A DNA stretch of 64,000 nucleotides, taken from positions 129,185 to 193,184 of the forward strand of contig JBDRKW010000020.1 of assembly GCA_043813585.1 (NCBI GenBank), written 5' to 3'. Origin of the DNA: Candidatus Kerfeldbacteria bacterium. Its GTDB lineage: Bacteria; Patescibacteriota; Patescibacteriia; UBA9570; XYC2-FULL-38-9. Below, one piece after another: positions 10,568 to 19,548 of the stretch. The notes beneath the pieces were generated by a model. The model saw nothing but the letters and a program-made list of their open reading frames with translations, ran no database searches and had not been told where the DNA came from. Made by a program: the position numbers and the translations under genes. The stretch's first letter is position 1, and every line of letters starts with the position of its first letter.

Positions 10568-11607
10568 TATCCGCGCTTGATGCGCCGTGCAGTTTCAATC
10601 ACTTTTGTCATTGTATATTTCCACGAAAGGGGATAGTCCTGGCAGTGGAGCAGGTCAAGCTGGCTTCCGCCAAATCCCATTTTGAATTTAGAAAGTCCTA
10701 TCCACGGATGCTTCCGCTTGAGGAAAGTGGATACCTGTTTTGATTCGGGAACGATGCCCCAAAAATTATACTGCGTACACCCTCGCTCTTTCGCTTCCTT
10801 GATTGCTTCCCATTGAATCAGGTATGAGGCGGGAATGCGGTTATATTCGGATAACGAAGCTCCATGATGATAGGAAGCCATATCGCCGTAATACATCATT
10901 ATGGCCGCAGAAATGGGCTTATTTTCGTATTCACCGATAAATACCTCCACTTGACCGTCTGTGGCAAATGCACGCACCTGAGCGCGAAAATAGTCGTCTG
11001 TGTAGGGCACAAATCCATGGCGCTGAACTGTTTCCTGGTGAATATCGATAAATGCCTGGACAGATTCGTCACTGGTACTTTTCTTTATCACCACACCGTC
11101 CTTGCTTGCGCGACGAACAAGATTGCGCATGGTTTTTCGCATGCCTTTCATCAGTTCATCTTCGGTGCCCGATATGTCCATCCACCAGATATTTTCCGCA
11201 AGCATGTGAATGGGCGCGTCTTTCCACCCAATGGAATGATAGAGTTCCTTGTTCTCGGGTGAGTTCATGATAAACGGCGATGAGCGTAGAAAATCTGCGT
11301 TCAGTTTCTTACCAAAATCTTTCACGTACGTCGTGAATTCGTTCAGATGCTTCCATTCGTCGCGCCTAAACACAGGGCCATAGGGCATAAACAGATAGGT
11401 GCCCCGCTTAGCTTTCACGAGCGTTGCGAATGCAACTCCGATGAGATCGTCACCCTTAAGGATCTCAAAAAGATATGGGTCCTCACCAACTTTCTCGTGA
11501 AGCTGCTTCATGTTCCATGACTGCAGAAAAGGCGGCCGAGAGACGCTCATTAGGAACTGTTCCCAGCGTTCCTTCGATTCTGATTCTCGAATGATAATGT
11601 CGGACAT
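10564..11607 (-). CDS. FemAB-family aminoacyl-tRNA-dependent peptidoglycan peptidyltransferase (FemX/MurM-like)
   Basis: 347 aa. Sequence pattern of the FemAB family (PF02388-like GNAT duplication): PPFLQSWNMKQ..., YLFMPYGPV, SYLIQWEAIKEAKERGCTQYNFWG. Its stop codon overlaps the serS stop as CTAG. Confidence 0.75.
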   Translation of the reverse strand: MSDIIIRESESKERWEQFLMSVSRPPFLQSWNMKQLHEKVGEDPYLFEILKGDDLIGVAFATLVKAKRGTYLFMPYGPVFRRDEWKHLNEFTTYVKDFGKKLNADFLRSSPFIMNSPENKELYHSIGWKDAPIHMLAENIWWMDISGTEDELMKGMRKTMRNLVRRASKDGVVIKKSTSDESVQAFIDIHQETVQRHGFVPYTDDYFRAQVRAFATDGQVEVFIGEYENKPISAAIMMYYGDMASYHHGASLSEYNRIPASYLIQWEAIKEAKERGCTQYNFWGIVPESKQVSTFLKRKHPWIGLSKFKMGFGGSQLDLLHCQDYPLSWKYTMTKVIETARRIKRGY

Positions 11608-11609
11608 AC

Positions 11610-12872
11610 CTATTGGTAGAATTCTTTAATAGTTTCAATCACATCGTGAGCGTCCTGCTCAGTCGTCTGTATATTTGTCGGCAGATTTACGACCGTTCTT
11701 GCCGCTGCTTCAGCCACGGAGCAGCTGCCTTTCGCATAATGAACAGCCTCCATGTTCGATCCCGGCGGTGCAATAACCGGGTCATACCAGTCACCCAGCA
11801 ATATGCCGCGTTGCTTCGCAAAGGCAACAAGTTCATTGCGCCGTTTTACTTGGATTGTATAGCGCAGCAATGCTGATTTGGCATTCGGCTGAAATACTGG
11901 CAACTGAATGCCTGGGGCGTCATTAAGTTTGCTCGCATAGAGGTCAGCCAGCCGCTGCCTATGTTCCTGCATTTCCTCAAGGACACTCATCTGTGCCACT
12001 GCCGCAGCTGCCATTGCATTTGGCAGGCGGTAGCCCTTTTGCTGCTTCGCTTCCTTTTTTTCTGCTGCAAATAAAACAAGCGGGAATAAACGAATTTTTT
12101 TTGAAACAGCAATAATAATCTTCCCAAGCGAACCGACGTAATAAAAGCGGATTCCCAGAGCAAAGAGCAGGGGATGCAGCAGCCGCTGTTTAATCCAAAT
12201 ATGCGACGGAAACCGCAAACCGAGCCAGTAGTTATTCAGATGCTGCGCGATCTCAGCATCATTTGTAATTGCCATCCCGCCGGACACCGCTGAAATCACC
12301 TTATCGCGTCCGAATGAAAACATCGCGGCCTGGCCAAATGTACCGACGAGCATGCCGTTAACAGTCGCTCCAAGAGAATGTGCGCAATCCTCAATAAGAG
12401 TAACGCCGTGTGAAGTGCAAATCTCCTGAATGCGCTCTATCTGCGCCGGCTGTCCAAACGTATGCTGCACGATGACAGCGCGTATCTTCTTCGACTGGTC
12501 AAGCTTCTTTTCCAAATCAACCGGATCAAGGTTGTAGGTATTGTCAATATCCACATACACCGGCTTGCCATTGGCAGCAATGATGGCATTCGGCACTACA
12601 ACACAGGTAAATGACTGCATTGCCACCTCATCACCTTCCTGTAGATCAAGCGCATCGAGTAATGCATACAATGCTATCCGGCCCGAGCTGAATGATCGCG
12701 CAAAAGAGACTGAAAATTTGCGCTTGAACAAATCATCAAGTTCAGATAGCGCTCGGCCTTTGCGCCACATAAACCAGCGATACGGGTTGATAAGCCAATA
12801 CAATGCGCGTTTCACGTCCTGAGGGCGCGCGTTAGGTGATAAATGAGGCGATATTGGTCGTTTTGCTGGCAT
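11610..12872 (-). CDS. DegT/DnrJ/EryC1/StrS-family PLP-dependent sugar aminotransferase with hydrophobic insertion
   Basis: GDEVAMQSFTCVVVPNAI, DIDNTYNLD, HTFGQP, SFGRDKVIS (PLP lysine) and SGGMAITND are typical of DegT. An approximately 60-aa hydrophobic insert (FPSHIWIKQRLLHPLLFALGIRFYYVGSLGKIIIAVSKKIRLFPLVLFAA) replaces the usual short linker. Confidence 0.75.
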   Translation of the reverse strand: MPAKRPISPHLSPNARPQDVKRALYWLINPYRWFMWRKGRALSELDDLFKRKFSVSFARSFSSGRIALYALLDALDLQEGDEVAMQSFTCVVVPNAIIAANGKPVYVDIDNTYNLDPVDLEKKLDQSKKIRAVIVQHTFGQPAQIERIQEICTSHGVTLIEDCAHSLGATVNGMLVGTFGQAAMFSFGRDKVISAVSGGMAITNDAEIAQHLNNYWLGLRFPSHIWIKQRLLHPLLFALGIRFYYVGSLGKIIIAVSKKIRLFPLVLFAAEKKEAKQQKGYRLPNAMAAAAVAQMSVLEEMQEHRQRLADLYASKLNDAPGIQLPVFQPNAKSALLRYTIQVKRRNELVAFAKQRGILLGDWYDPVIAPPGSNMEAVHYAKGSCSVAEAAARTVVNLPTNIQTTEQDAHDVIETIKEFYQ

Positions 12873-12876
12873 GATA

Positions 12877-14508
12877 TTATTTTTCAGTGCCGGTCAGGTA
12901 GGAAAAGATCGCATCCTGGACACGTCCCTCAATAAGCACGACATCATCTGAGGTAAAATTTGATAACACGCTACTGATCAATTTTTTTGGCCTGTCGTTC
13001 ACGATAATGTTGCCTGCCTGCATGCCGCCCTGCTTTGCAGCATCGCGAAGCGGTTTTGCAAAATCCTTCTTCGTGATAATGAGCTGGTCCACGGTCTTGG
13101 CAAGATAGGTACCGACATTTCGATGGTGCTTGTCCGTTTCAACGCCAAGCTCCTGCATTCCCGGGGTGATGACTATTTTTTTCTTGTCCTCGAACTGGGT
13201 AAGATAGTCTACAGCCGCCATAAACCCATCCGGATTCGAATTGTAATGGTCGTCGATCACGTAGAAGTGGTTTCGACCGTTCAATAAGTGCATTGTCCCT
13301 TCTACAGGCTTCAGTTTTTTAATGCCCTCAGCAATATCCTCAATAGACATGCCCAGGTGATCTGCAGCAGTTGCCGCAGCCAGAATAGAGGAGATAACCT
13401 GCTCGCCATGGAGTGATGTTCGCACAACAGCAGAACGCTTTCCTATGTGAAGCATAAATTGAACTGCGTGGGGCTCAACTTCAATATCTGTCGCATAGGT
13501 ATGCGCCACATCCTGAGTAGAAAACAATTTTAGTTTCGCCTCTGTTTGTTTTGATGCCTCAACGCATGAAGAAATATCTTTATTTACAACTGCAAGGCCT
13601 GTTTTCGGCAGCGACGCAAGTAGCTCCGCTTTTGTATTGCGGATGGCCTCCAGGCTGCCGAACAACGCAAGATGCTGCTCATTGATTGCCGTTAAAATTC
13701 CGATAATCGGTGACGTCAGGTCGCAAATTGCATCAATTTCACCCGGGCGATACGCCCCCATCTCGACAATAAATACTTCATGTTCATCCGTCAGCGAACT
13801 AAGTATGGTCTGCGCCACGCCAATATCAACATTGACATTCTTGGGCGTTGAAATGGTTTTAAACCGTTGATCAAGGATGGTTTGCAGAAATTGCTTGGTT
13901 GATGTTTTTCCGTAACTACCTGTAATACCGATGACTGTCGGGCTCAGCGATGCGAGCTTTTCCTTTGCACTTCGAATAATGCGCTGTTTCTGAACGGAGG
14001 CCAGCGGCTGGAAAAGCAGGACAATAAACGTTGCCGTCAAAGGAATGAGCAAAACCGCAATAATCATCGATAAAAAAGATCCGGTGTAAATACCAATGAC
14101 ATACGCGATTATAATGGAAATAAGCGGTGAGAGAATCGACAGCAACATAGCCTTCGACGTCCATGTAGGAAATACCCGCCAGCGAAGGTAGCGCACCAGC
14201 TCCAGCAGTAAAAACGCAAAAAATAAATAAACAAGCGTGTTGAACAGCAACGAGTTTGCGATATCGATGTACACACTATCCCAGTAGGCAACCAGCCAAA
14301 TGATTAAAAATGCAATTTCAATAAACGTCCAGACATTGAGAGTCGCACGTTTTCCGGAACGGGTTGTCAAAAAATCAACCATGCGATCGGTGCGATACTC
14401 CTTGAGTTGCCAGATATAAATCCAATAAACATTTTTCAGGCCAATGAGCAGCAGGAAGATCAGGATTTGAATCGTTAAAATGAATATTGTCAGAAATTCA
14501 CCATCCAT
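12877..14508 (-). CDS. Membrane-anchored Mur-ligase family protein (MurF-like central and C-terminal domains; N-terminal domain replaced by about 5 TM helices)
   Basis: Residues 1 to about 175 are polytopic membrane. Then come a Mur ligase P-loop (IGITGSYGKTSTK), a central domain, and a MurF-like C-terminal domain (IDDHYNSNPDGFMAAVDYL, ITPGMQELG). Confidence 0.75.
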   Translation of the reverse strand: MDGEFLTIFILTIQILIFLLLIGLKNVYWIYIWQLKEYRTDRMVDFLTTRSGKRATLNVWTFIEIAFLIIWLVAYWDSVYIDIANSLLFNTLVYLFFAFLLLELVRYLRWRVFPTWTSKAMLLSILSPLISIIIAYVIGIYTGSFLSMIIAVLLIPLTATFIVLLFQPLASVQKQRIIRSAKEKLASLSPTVIGITGSYGKTSTKQFLQTILDQRFKTISTPKNVNVDIGVAQTILSSLTDEHEVFIVEMGAYRPGEIDAICDLTSPIIGILTAINEQHLALFGSLEAIRNTKAELLASLPKTGLAVVNKDISSCVEASKQTEAKLKLFSTQDVAHTYATDIEVEPHAVQFMLHIGKRSAVVRTSLHGEQVISSILAAATAADHLGMSIEDIAEGIKKLKPVEGTMHLLNGRNHFYVIDDHYNSNPDGFMAAVDYLTQFEDKKKIVITPGMQELGVETDKHHRNVGTYLAKTVDQLIITKKDFAKPLRDAAKQGGMQAGNIIVNDRPKKLISSVLSNFTSDDVVLIEGRVQDAIFSYLTGTEK

Positions 14509-14509
14509 A

Positions 14510-15322
14510 TTACTTGTTTAAAAAGGGGATTAATGCTTGAGCAATTTGTGCTGCATGCGTCTTATGAATACCGTGGCGTCCATCATTAAATAGCGTCAAC
14601 TGTGCCTGCTTCATGGCGGATTGCATCTGTTCACCGTCTGAAAAGGGTACATAAGTGTCGTCTTTCCCCCAAAAAATATGGATCGGTGCTGTAATCGATG
14701 ATAGACAACCTTTTAGATCCTCATCCACAACTCGAGAAAACGATTCTTTCATCACACCTTCAGCTGCAAGATAATCCTGCGCGCCAATACTTTTATAACC
14801 AAGGGATCGCACAATTGGCAGTAACGGCTTTAACGGAGCAATGCTTAAAATCTTCTTCAGTGTTTTAGCAACAAATCCTATAGTTTCTTTCGACCTTGTT
14901 TCGTGTTTTATTCCGGCAGGTGCGATGAGAGCTGCACGCTGGAATATGTCCGCTTTGCGTGCCAATAATTTAAGTGCAACACGGCCGCCAAACGAGTGGA
15001 TGACTAATTCTGGCCGTGAAATGTGCATATTCGCTAAATATTTTACGACGCATTCTGCATAATCGTCTACACCCCATGCGGAGGGCGGGGGAGCACTCTC
15101 TCCAAAGCCGGGAAAATCGAGGGCATAAAAGGTACTTTTCGATCCGGCATCTCGCAGCGCTTGGAACAACGGCTGGAATGACAGCGCATCTCCACCCCAG
15201 CCATGCAAAAAAAGGACCGGATTTGAACCGTCTCCGTCCTGTATATATGAAATTGTTCCGCTATCAAGCTTTATGCTTTTTCGAATACCAGTCATAACGC
15301 GATTATACATGCATTCAAGCAT
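14510..15322 (-). CDS. Alpha/beta-fold hydrolase
   Basis: HGWGG oxyanion motif, GxSxG nucleophile elbow (HSFGG), 270 aa. Last gene of the cell-envelope operon. Confidence 0.7.
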   Translation of the reverse strand: MLECMYNRVMTGIRKSIKLDSGTISYIQDGDGSNPVLFLHGWGGDALSFQPLFQALRDAGSKSTFYALDFPGFGESAPPPSAWGVDDYAECVVKYLANMHISRPELVIHSFGGRVALKLLARKADIFQRAALIAPAGIKHETRSKETIGFVAKTLKKILSIAPLKPLLPIVRSLGYKSIGAQDYLAAEGVMKESFSRVVDEDLKGCLSSITAPIHIFWGKDDTYVPFSDGEQMQSAMKQAQLTLFNDGRHGIHKTHAAQIAQALIPFLNK

Positions 15323-15398
15323 AAAATCTACCAGAAATCGGATAACATTTCAAGTCTGCTCATTGCGGCAAACGCCTGAATATCATACAATACTGTAG

Positions 15399-16589
15399 AT
15401 GAAAAAAATACTTGGCTCGTACAGGAAAAAGAGCTCCATCCAACGCTTTAAGAATGAAGGGGAGTACCAGACCAGCCGGTATTCAGCCCGTTCTTTCTCT
15501 CCTTCACAGCAGGCAGTGAAAAACAGGCCGAAGCGAGAATGGATGAGCGGAAACACCTGGGCAGGCATTGGGATTGTACTCCTGTTGATTGTCTGTGCCT
15601 GGTATTTTGGCTTTCAATCAAATCGTTTCACTATTGAAGAGGTTCAGGTTGATGGTTTAACCTTCTTAAATGCGGAAGATGTTTCTGCATCTGTCAGTGG
15701 CTATATGAATTCCATGATCCTGTGGGTCTTGCCGCGCAACACCTATTGGACGCTAAATCCAAACAGTGTCATTCGCCATATCGAAACAACATACGAAGCA
15801 ACTGCATCGTTCGATTCTATTGCAGTTTCAAAGGACTTTCCGAATAAGATCGTTATAACGATAAAGGAACGCATTCCAAGTGTTACATGGGTAACGAAAG
15901 ACCAAACAAAGACGGAACACTTCTATGAAATCGACCGGAACGGAATAGTTACAAGGCAGGTGGCGAGTTTTGCAGATACGAATACATCATATCCGAGGAT
16001 ACGGGATGATAACCGTCCATGGCTGGAGGAGGGGTGGGCAATTATTTCAAAGGAATATATTGATTTCCTTCTTGCAATCCACGAATCATTTTACGACGCT
16101 ACTGGTGTTGCAGTAGACTCCTATGTCCTTTTCAAGATAGAGTGTACCGAACAGGAATATGTGGCAGAAAAAATATTCCAGCAGGAGATTCTGGATTCAG
16201 AAAATGAAGAGTTTAAGAATAGGAAGCGAGAGATCCAAGAGCAGTTCCAGGCCGGTGCGTTAACCATAGATGAATCGCTGGATGCGCTCGAATCAATCAA
16301 GCGTGAAGAATTTGAATCTCAAGATGATCTCCAGGATGAAGCATTTGAAAAAATAGAGTGGGAGACGGTCGATGTGCCTGTTGAGTGCGATTTGGTGAAA
16401 GTAGCGCGAGAATTGCGCGTTGTGGCCCATGCATCAGAACATAAGACATTTGAGGTCTATATGGATATGTCGGTTGAACCTGCGATCATTTTAGAGAACG
16501 CAAACGTCGTCATGCATAATCAAGTAGACGACTTGAACCATATACAGTATATAGATCTGCGCGTACCTGATAGGGCGTACATAAAATAA
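15399..16589 (+). CDS. FtsQ/DivIB-like cell division protein (TM plus POTRA) with acidic C-terminal extension
   Basis: Single TM (WAGIGIVLLLIVCAWYFGF) followed by a POTRA-like block (IEEVQVDGLTFLNAEDV...KIVITIKERIPSVTWV), then an E/D-rich tail. Confidence 0.55.
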   Translation: MKKILGSYRKKSSIQRFKNEGEYQTSRYSARSFSPSQQAVKNRPKREWMSGNTWAGIGIVLLLIVCAWYFGFQSNRFTIEEVQVDGLTFLNAEDVSASVSGYMNSMILWVLPRNTYWTLNPNSVIRHIETTYEATASFDSIAVSKDFPNKIVITIKERIPSVTWVTKDQTKTEHFYEIDRNGIVTRQVASFADTNTSYPRIRDDNRPWLEEGWAIISKEYIDFLLAIHESFYDATGVAVDSYVLFKIECTEQEYVAEKIFQQEILDSENEEFKNRKREIQEQFQAGALTIDESLDALESIKREEFESQDDLQDEAFEKIEWETVDVPVECDLVKVARELRVVAHASEHKTFEVYMDMSVEPAIILENANVVMHNQVDDLNHIQYIDLRVPDRAYIK

Positions 16590-16714
16590 TCTGGTTTATA
16601 TCAAAATAACGGCATTTCGCCGCTATCTTTGTTTGTCTATTCTATAGTGTCGTAAAACATATCTTGTGCGACACTTGATATTCTTCCTTAAGACCACTTC
16701 CCTAGCGAATGAAG

Positions 16715-18040
16715 CTATTGAAGATAATTCATTGGGTTGGTAGGAATACCGTTCACACGTATTTCAAAATGAAGATGAGGACCAGTTGAGTACGATCCTG
16801 CACCGGGAGTACCGGGCATTCCGCCGCTACATCCGATCATTTGTCCCCTACTGACGTATTGGTCTGGCTGTACAGTGACGCAACTAACGTGCCCGTAGAC
16901 GCTTGCAAGGCCGTTTCCATGCACAAGCATGATATAAGCATACCGTGAAGTGCCGTCAAAACTTGCAATGCCGACATACCCTGATGCAGCCGCATACACG
17001 TTTGAACCCATTGGCGTTGCGACGTCCATGCCTGAGTGTTCAAACCACCGCCTAAACGGATAATCCTGGCAGTGAAAACCGCAAGTGATTGTCCGCGAAT
17101 CAACCGGCCATGCAAACCGAACAACGCCGTCAAGCAAATCTTGCTCTTCATCAGTAATGCTGTCATTTGAATCATCCCCGTCATTCAGCCTATCCTGAAC
17201 TTCTGTGCGTATATTGATGATCTTCTCCTGTACGCTGCTCTCTAATGCGGAAATCTGGCCTTCAATACTTGATTGTTCATCCTTAACAGTATCGAGCAGT
17301 AATTGAAATTTGTCTTCAGACAGCTTCGTCTCTGCCAGCAGCTGCGCCTTGAATGTTTCCTCCCCTTCCAGGTTGTCTTCATTTAATTCAAGGTTGGTCT
17401 TTTTCAGCGCTATCTCTGCTTTTTTCTCTCCCAATTCAGAGCGCCGGGTCTTTAATTCGGTTCGAACATTCTGAAGCGTATCCAGCGTATCCTGCATGCT
17501 GCTCTGCACGGAGTTCGTATATTCCATGTCTGAGAAGAACTCCGAAAGCGTGCCGTTGCCAAATGTAATTTCGAGCGTCGTGTGCTGGTCATAGGAATAG
17601 ATGCTGCGCAATAGATCGCTGATCATCTCTTTACTCCGATCAATATCTATCTCTGATTCATCAATCTGCTCCTTAAGAACTTCAATTTCAAGCTGCAATA
17701 CATCCAGTTCTATCTCGGCACGGGCGATGTCGATGCGCGTTTCTTCTATCTTATCGTCTAATAATGACACCTGGCTTTGCAATGTGAGTATTTCGTTTTG
17801 TTTCGCCTTAATATTGCTTTCATATACGGCACGCTTCTCTTCAAGCTCCCGAACTTCCGCTGCACGTCTTTCAATTTCAGAGTTCAACTCGACTATATTG
17901 CTATCTGAATTCATTTCATTGTGGACGATCTCTTCAAATTCATCATCACTAATGCGAGCAAATACGGGAACTGCCAAAACAACTCCGATCACGACCGGGA
18001 TAATGATGCTGTACCTCCAAATGTTCGTTGTTTGACTCAT
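16715..18040 (-). CDS. M23 (LytM-type) metallopeptidase with N-terminal coiled coil (EnvC-like)
   Basis: N-terminal TM, long coiled coil, C-terminal M23 motifs (HxxxD region; GHVSCVTVQPDQYVSRGQMIGCSGG; GPHLHFEIRVNG). Confidence 0.8.
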   Translation of the reverse strand: MSQTTNIWRYSIIIPVVIGVVLAVPVFARISDDEFEEIVHNEMNSDSNIVELNSEIERRAAEVRELEEKRAVYESNIKAKQNEILTLQSQVSLLDDKIEETRIDIARAEIELDVLQLEIEVLKEQIDESEIDIDRSKEMISDLLRSIYSYDQHTTLEITFGNGTLSEFFSDMEYTNSVQSSMQDTLDTLQNVRTELKTRRSELGEKKAEIALKKTNLELNEDNLEGEETFKAQLLAETKLSEDKFQLLLDTVKDEQSSIEGQISALESSVQEKIINIRTEVQDRLNDGDDSNDSITDEEQDLLDGVVRFAWPVDSRTITCGFHCQDYPFRRWFEHSGMDVATPMGSNVYAAASGYVGIASFDGTSRYAYIMLVHGNGLASVYGHVSCVTVQPDQYVSRGQMIGCSGGMPGTPGAGSYSTGPHLHFEIRVNGIPTNPMNYLQ

Positions 18041-19531
18041 CTATTTTAGTTTTTCAATCGCCTGCTCGATTCTATTGAGTGATTCTTCCTTTCCTAATAT
18101 CTCGGCCAGTTCAAATGGCGGCGGTGATTTCTCCATTCCGGATAACGCTAGCCGCGTTGGCCAAAGAACATCGCCGTTCTTAAGTCCGTTATCGGAAATC
18201 CATTCCAGAATACTCTTTTCCAGACTTACAGCAACATATTCACTGCTATCAACCTTCTCCAATAACTGATAGATCCCTTTCAGTGCTTCTATTGTACCAT
18301 TTTTGTCTGATTTTTTCCATATCAGCTTGTCCCCTTCGTAGTCGGGCATATGGAGAATCTCATACGAATTAGCCACGTCTAAGAGCGTTTTTGAACGTTC
18401 TTTGAGGTAATGGATAACGGACTCCTGCTTATTATCATCAAAATCTCCAAACCACTGAAGAAAAGCTTCATACGTTCCTCTATAGTCGGATTCCATCTCA
18501 CTCAATGATTTTATGCGTCGTAAAATATCATAGCGATCCAATTTTTGCAGGTACTGCTGGTTCATCCAATCTAATTTGTCTGTGTCAAAAACAGGATTCG
18601 GTGCATTAATTTGAGCAATGTCAAACCGCTGTTCCAACTGTTCAAGCGTAAACAACTCTTCAGTCGTCTTAGGATTCCATCCAAGTAATGCTATAAAATT
18701 TACTATTGCCTCGGGAAGATACCCTTTGTCGCGGAATGACAGTAATGACATCTCTCCCTGCCTCTTGCTCATCTTCCCCCCTTTACTGGAAAGAAATAAT
18801 GACAAATGCACCCATTCTGGTACATCCCATCCAAATGCCTGATACAGTAAAATGTGTTTTGGTGTGGACGGCAGCCACTCCTCTCCCCTGATAATATGCG
18901 TCACGCCCATAAGATGGTCGTCTACGACATTTGCCAGATGATACGTCGGAAAGCCGTCGGATTTTAACAATACCTGATCGTCGATATCCTTTGCATTAAA
19001 TGTTACATCTCCGCGGACTCGATCTTTAACAACAATCTCCCCTTCGTCAGGGACAGATAATCGCACCGTGTGTTCATCACCGTTCTTCAGGCGCCTTTTA
19101 ACTTCATCTTCAGCCAGTTTATTGCAACGCTTATCATATTTAGGCGCTTCGTGGCATTCTTGTTGCTTTGTTCGAAGTTCGTCTAATTCTTCCTTGCTGC
19201 AAAAACAATAATACGCTGCCCCTCCTTTGACTAACTGATCAATATGCTCCTTGTATATATCTATGCGTTCACTTTGAATATACGGACCGTAATCGCCGCC
19301 TTTAATCGGTCCTTCGTCCCAATCAATGCCAAGCCAGGTCAGGCCGTCGAGGATGGCATCAAGGCTGCCCTTAACTGTTCTGGCAGCGTCAGTATCTTCA
19401 ATGCGCAAAATAAACGATCCTCCATTTTTGCGCGCCCAAAGATACGCATAGAGTGCCGACCTAATATTGCCGATATGCGGTTCACCGGTTGGCGATGGTG
19501 CAAAGCGTGTTCTGACTGTCTCTGAAATCAT
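18041..19531 (-). CDS. gltX: Glutamyl-tRNA synthetase
   Basis: RFAPSPTGEPHIGNIRSALY (HIGH), KMSKR, 496 aa. Confidence 0.9.
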   Translation of the reverse strand: MISETVRTRFAPSPTGEPHIGNIRSALYAYLWARKNGGSFILRIEDTDAARTVKGSLDAILDGLTWLGIDWDEGPIKGGDYGPYIQSERIDIYKEHIDQLVKGGAAYYCFCSKEELDELRTKQQECHEAPKYDKRCNKLAEDEVKRRLKNGDEHTVRLSVPDEGEIVVKDRVRGDVTFNAKDIDDQVLLKSDGFPTYHLANVVDDHLMGVTHIIRGEEWLPSTPKHILLYQAFGWDVPEWVHLSLFLSSKGGKMSKRQGEMSLLSFRDKGYLPEAIVNFIALLGWNPKTTEELFTLEQLEQRFDIAQINAPNPVFDTDKLDWMNQQYLQKLDRYDILRRIKSLSEMESDYRGTYEAFLQWFGDFDDNKQESVIHYLKERSKTLLDVANSYEILHMPDYEGDKLIWKKSDKNGTIEALKGIYQLLEKVDSSEYVAVSLEKSILEWISDNGLKNGDVLWPTRLALSGMEKSPPPFELAEILGKEESLNRIEQAIEKLK

Positions 19532-19548
19532 ATGAAAAGGGTACAGAT

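Noticed and set aside
16590-16714. Possible terminator between the convergent FtsQ-like and M23 genes
   Set aside because: Only weak or short stems (CGGC/GCCG, GTGTCG...CGACAC with a 16-nt loop) without a convincing U-tract. Not reported as a feature.
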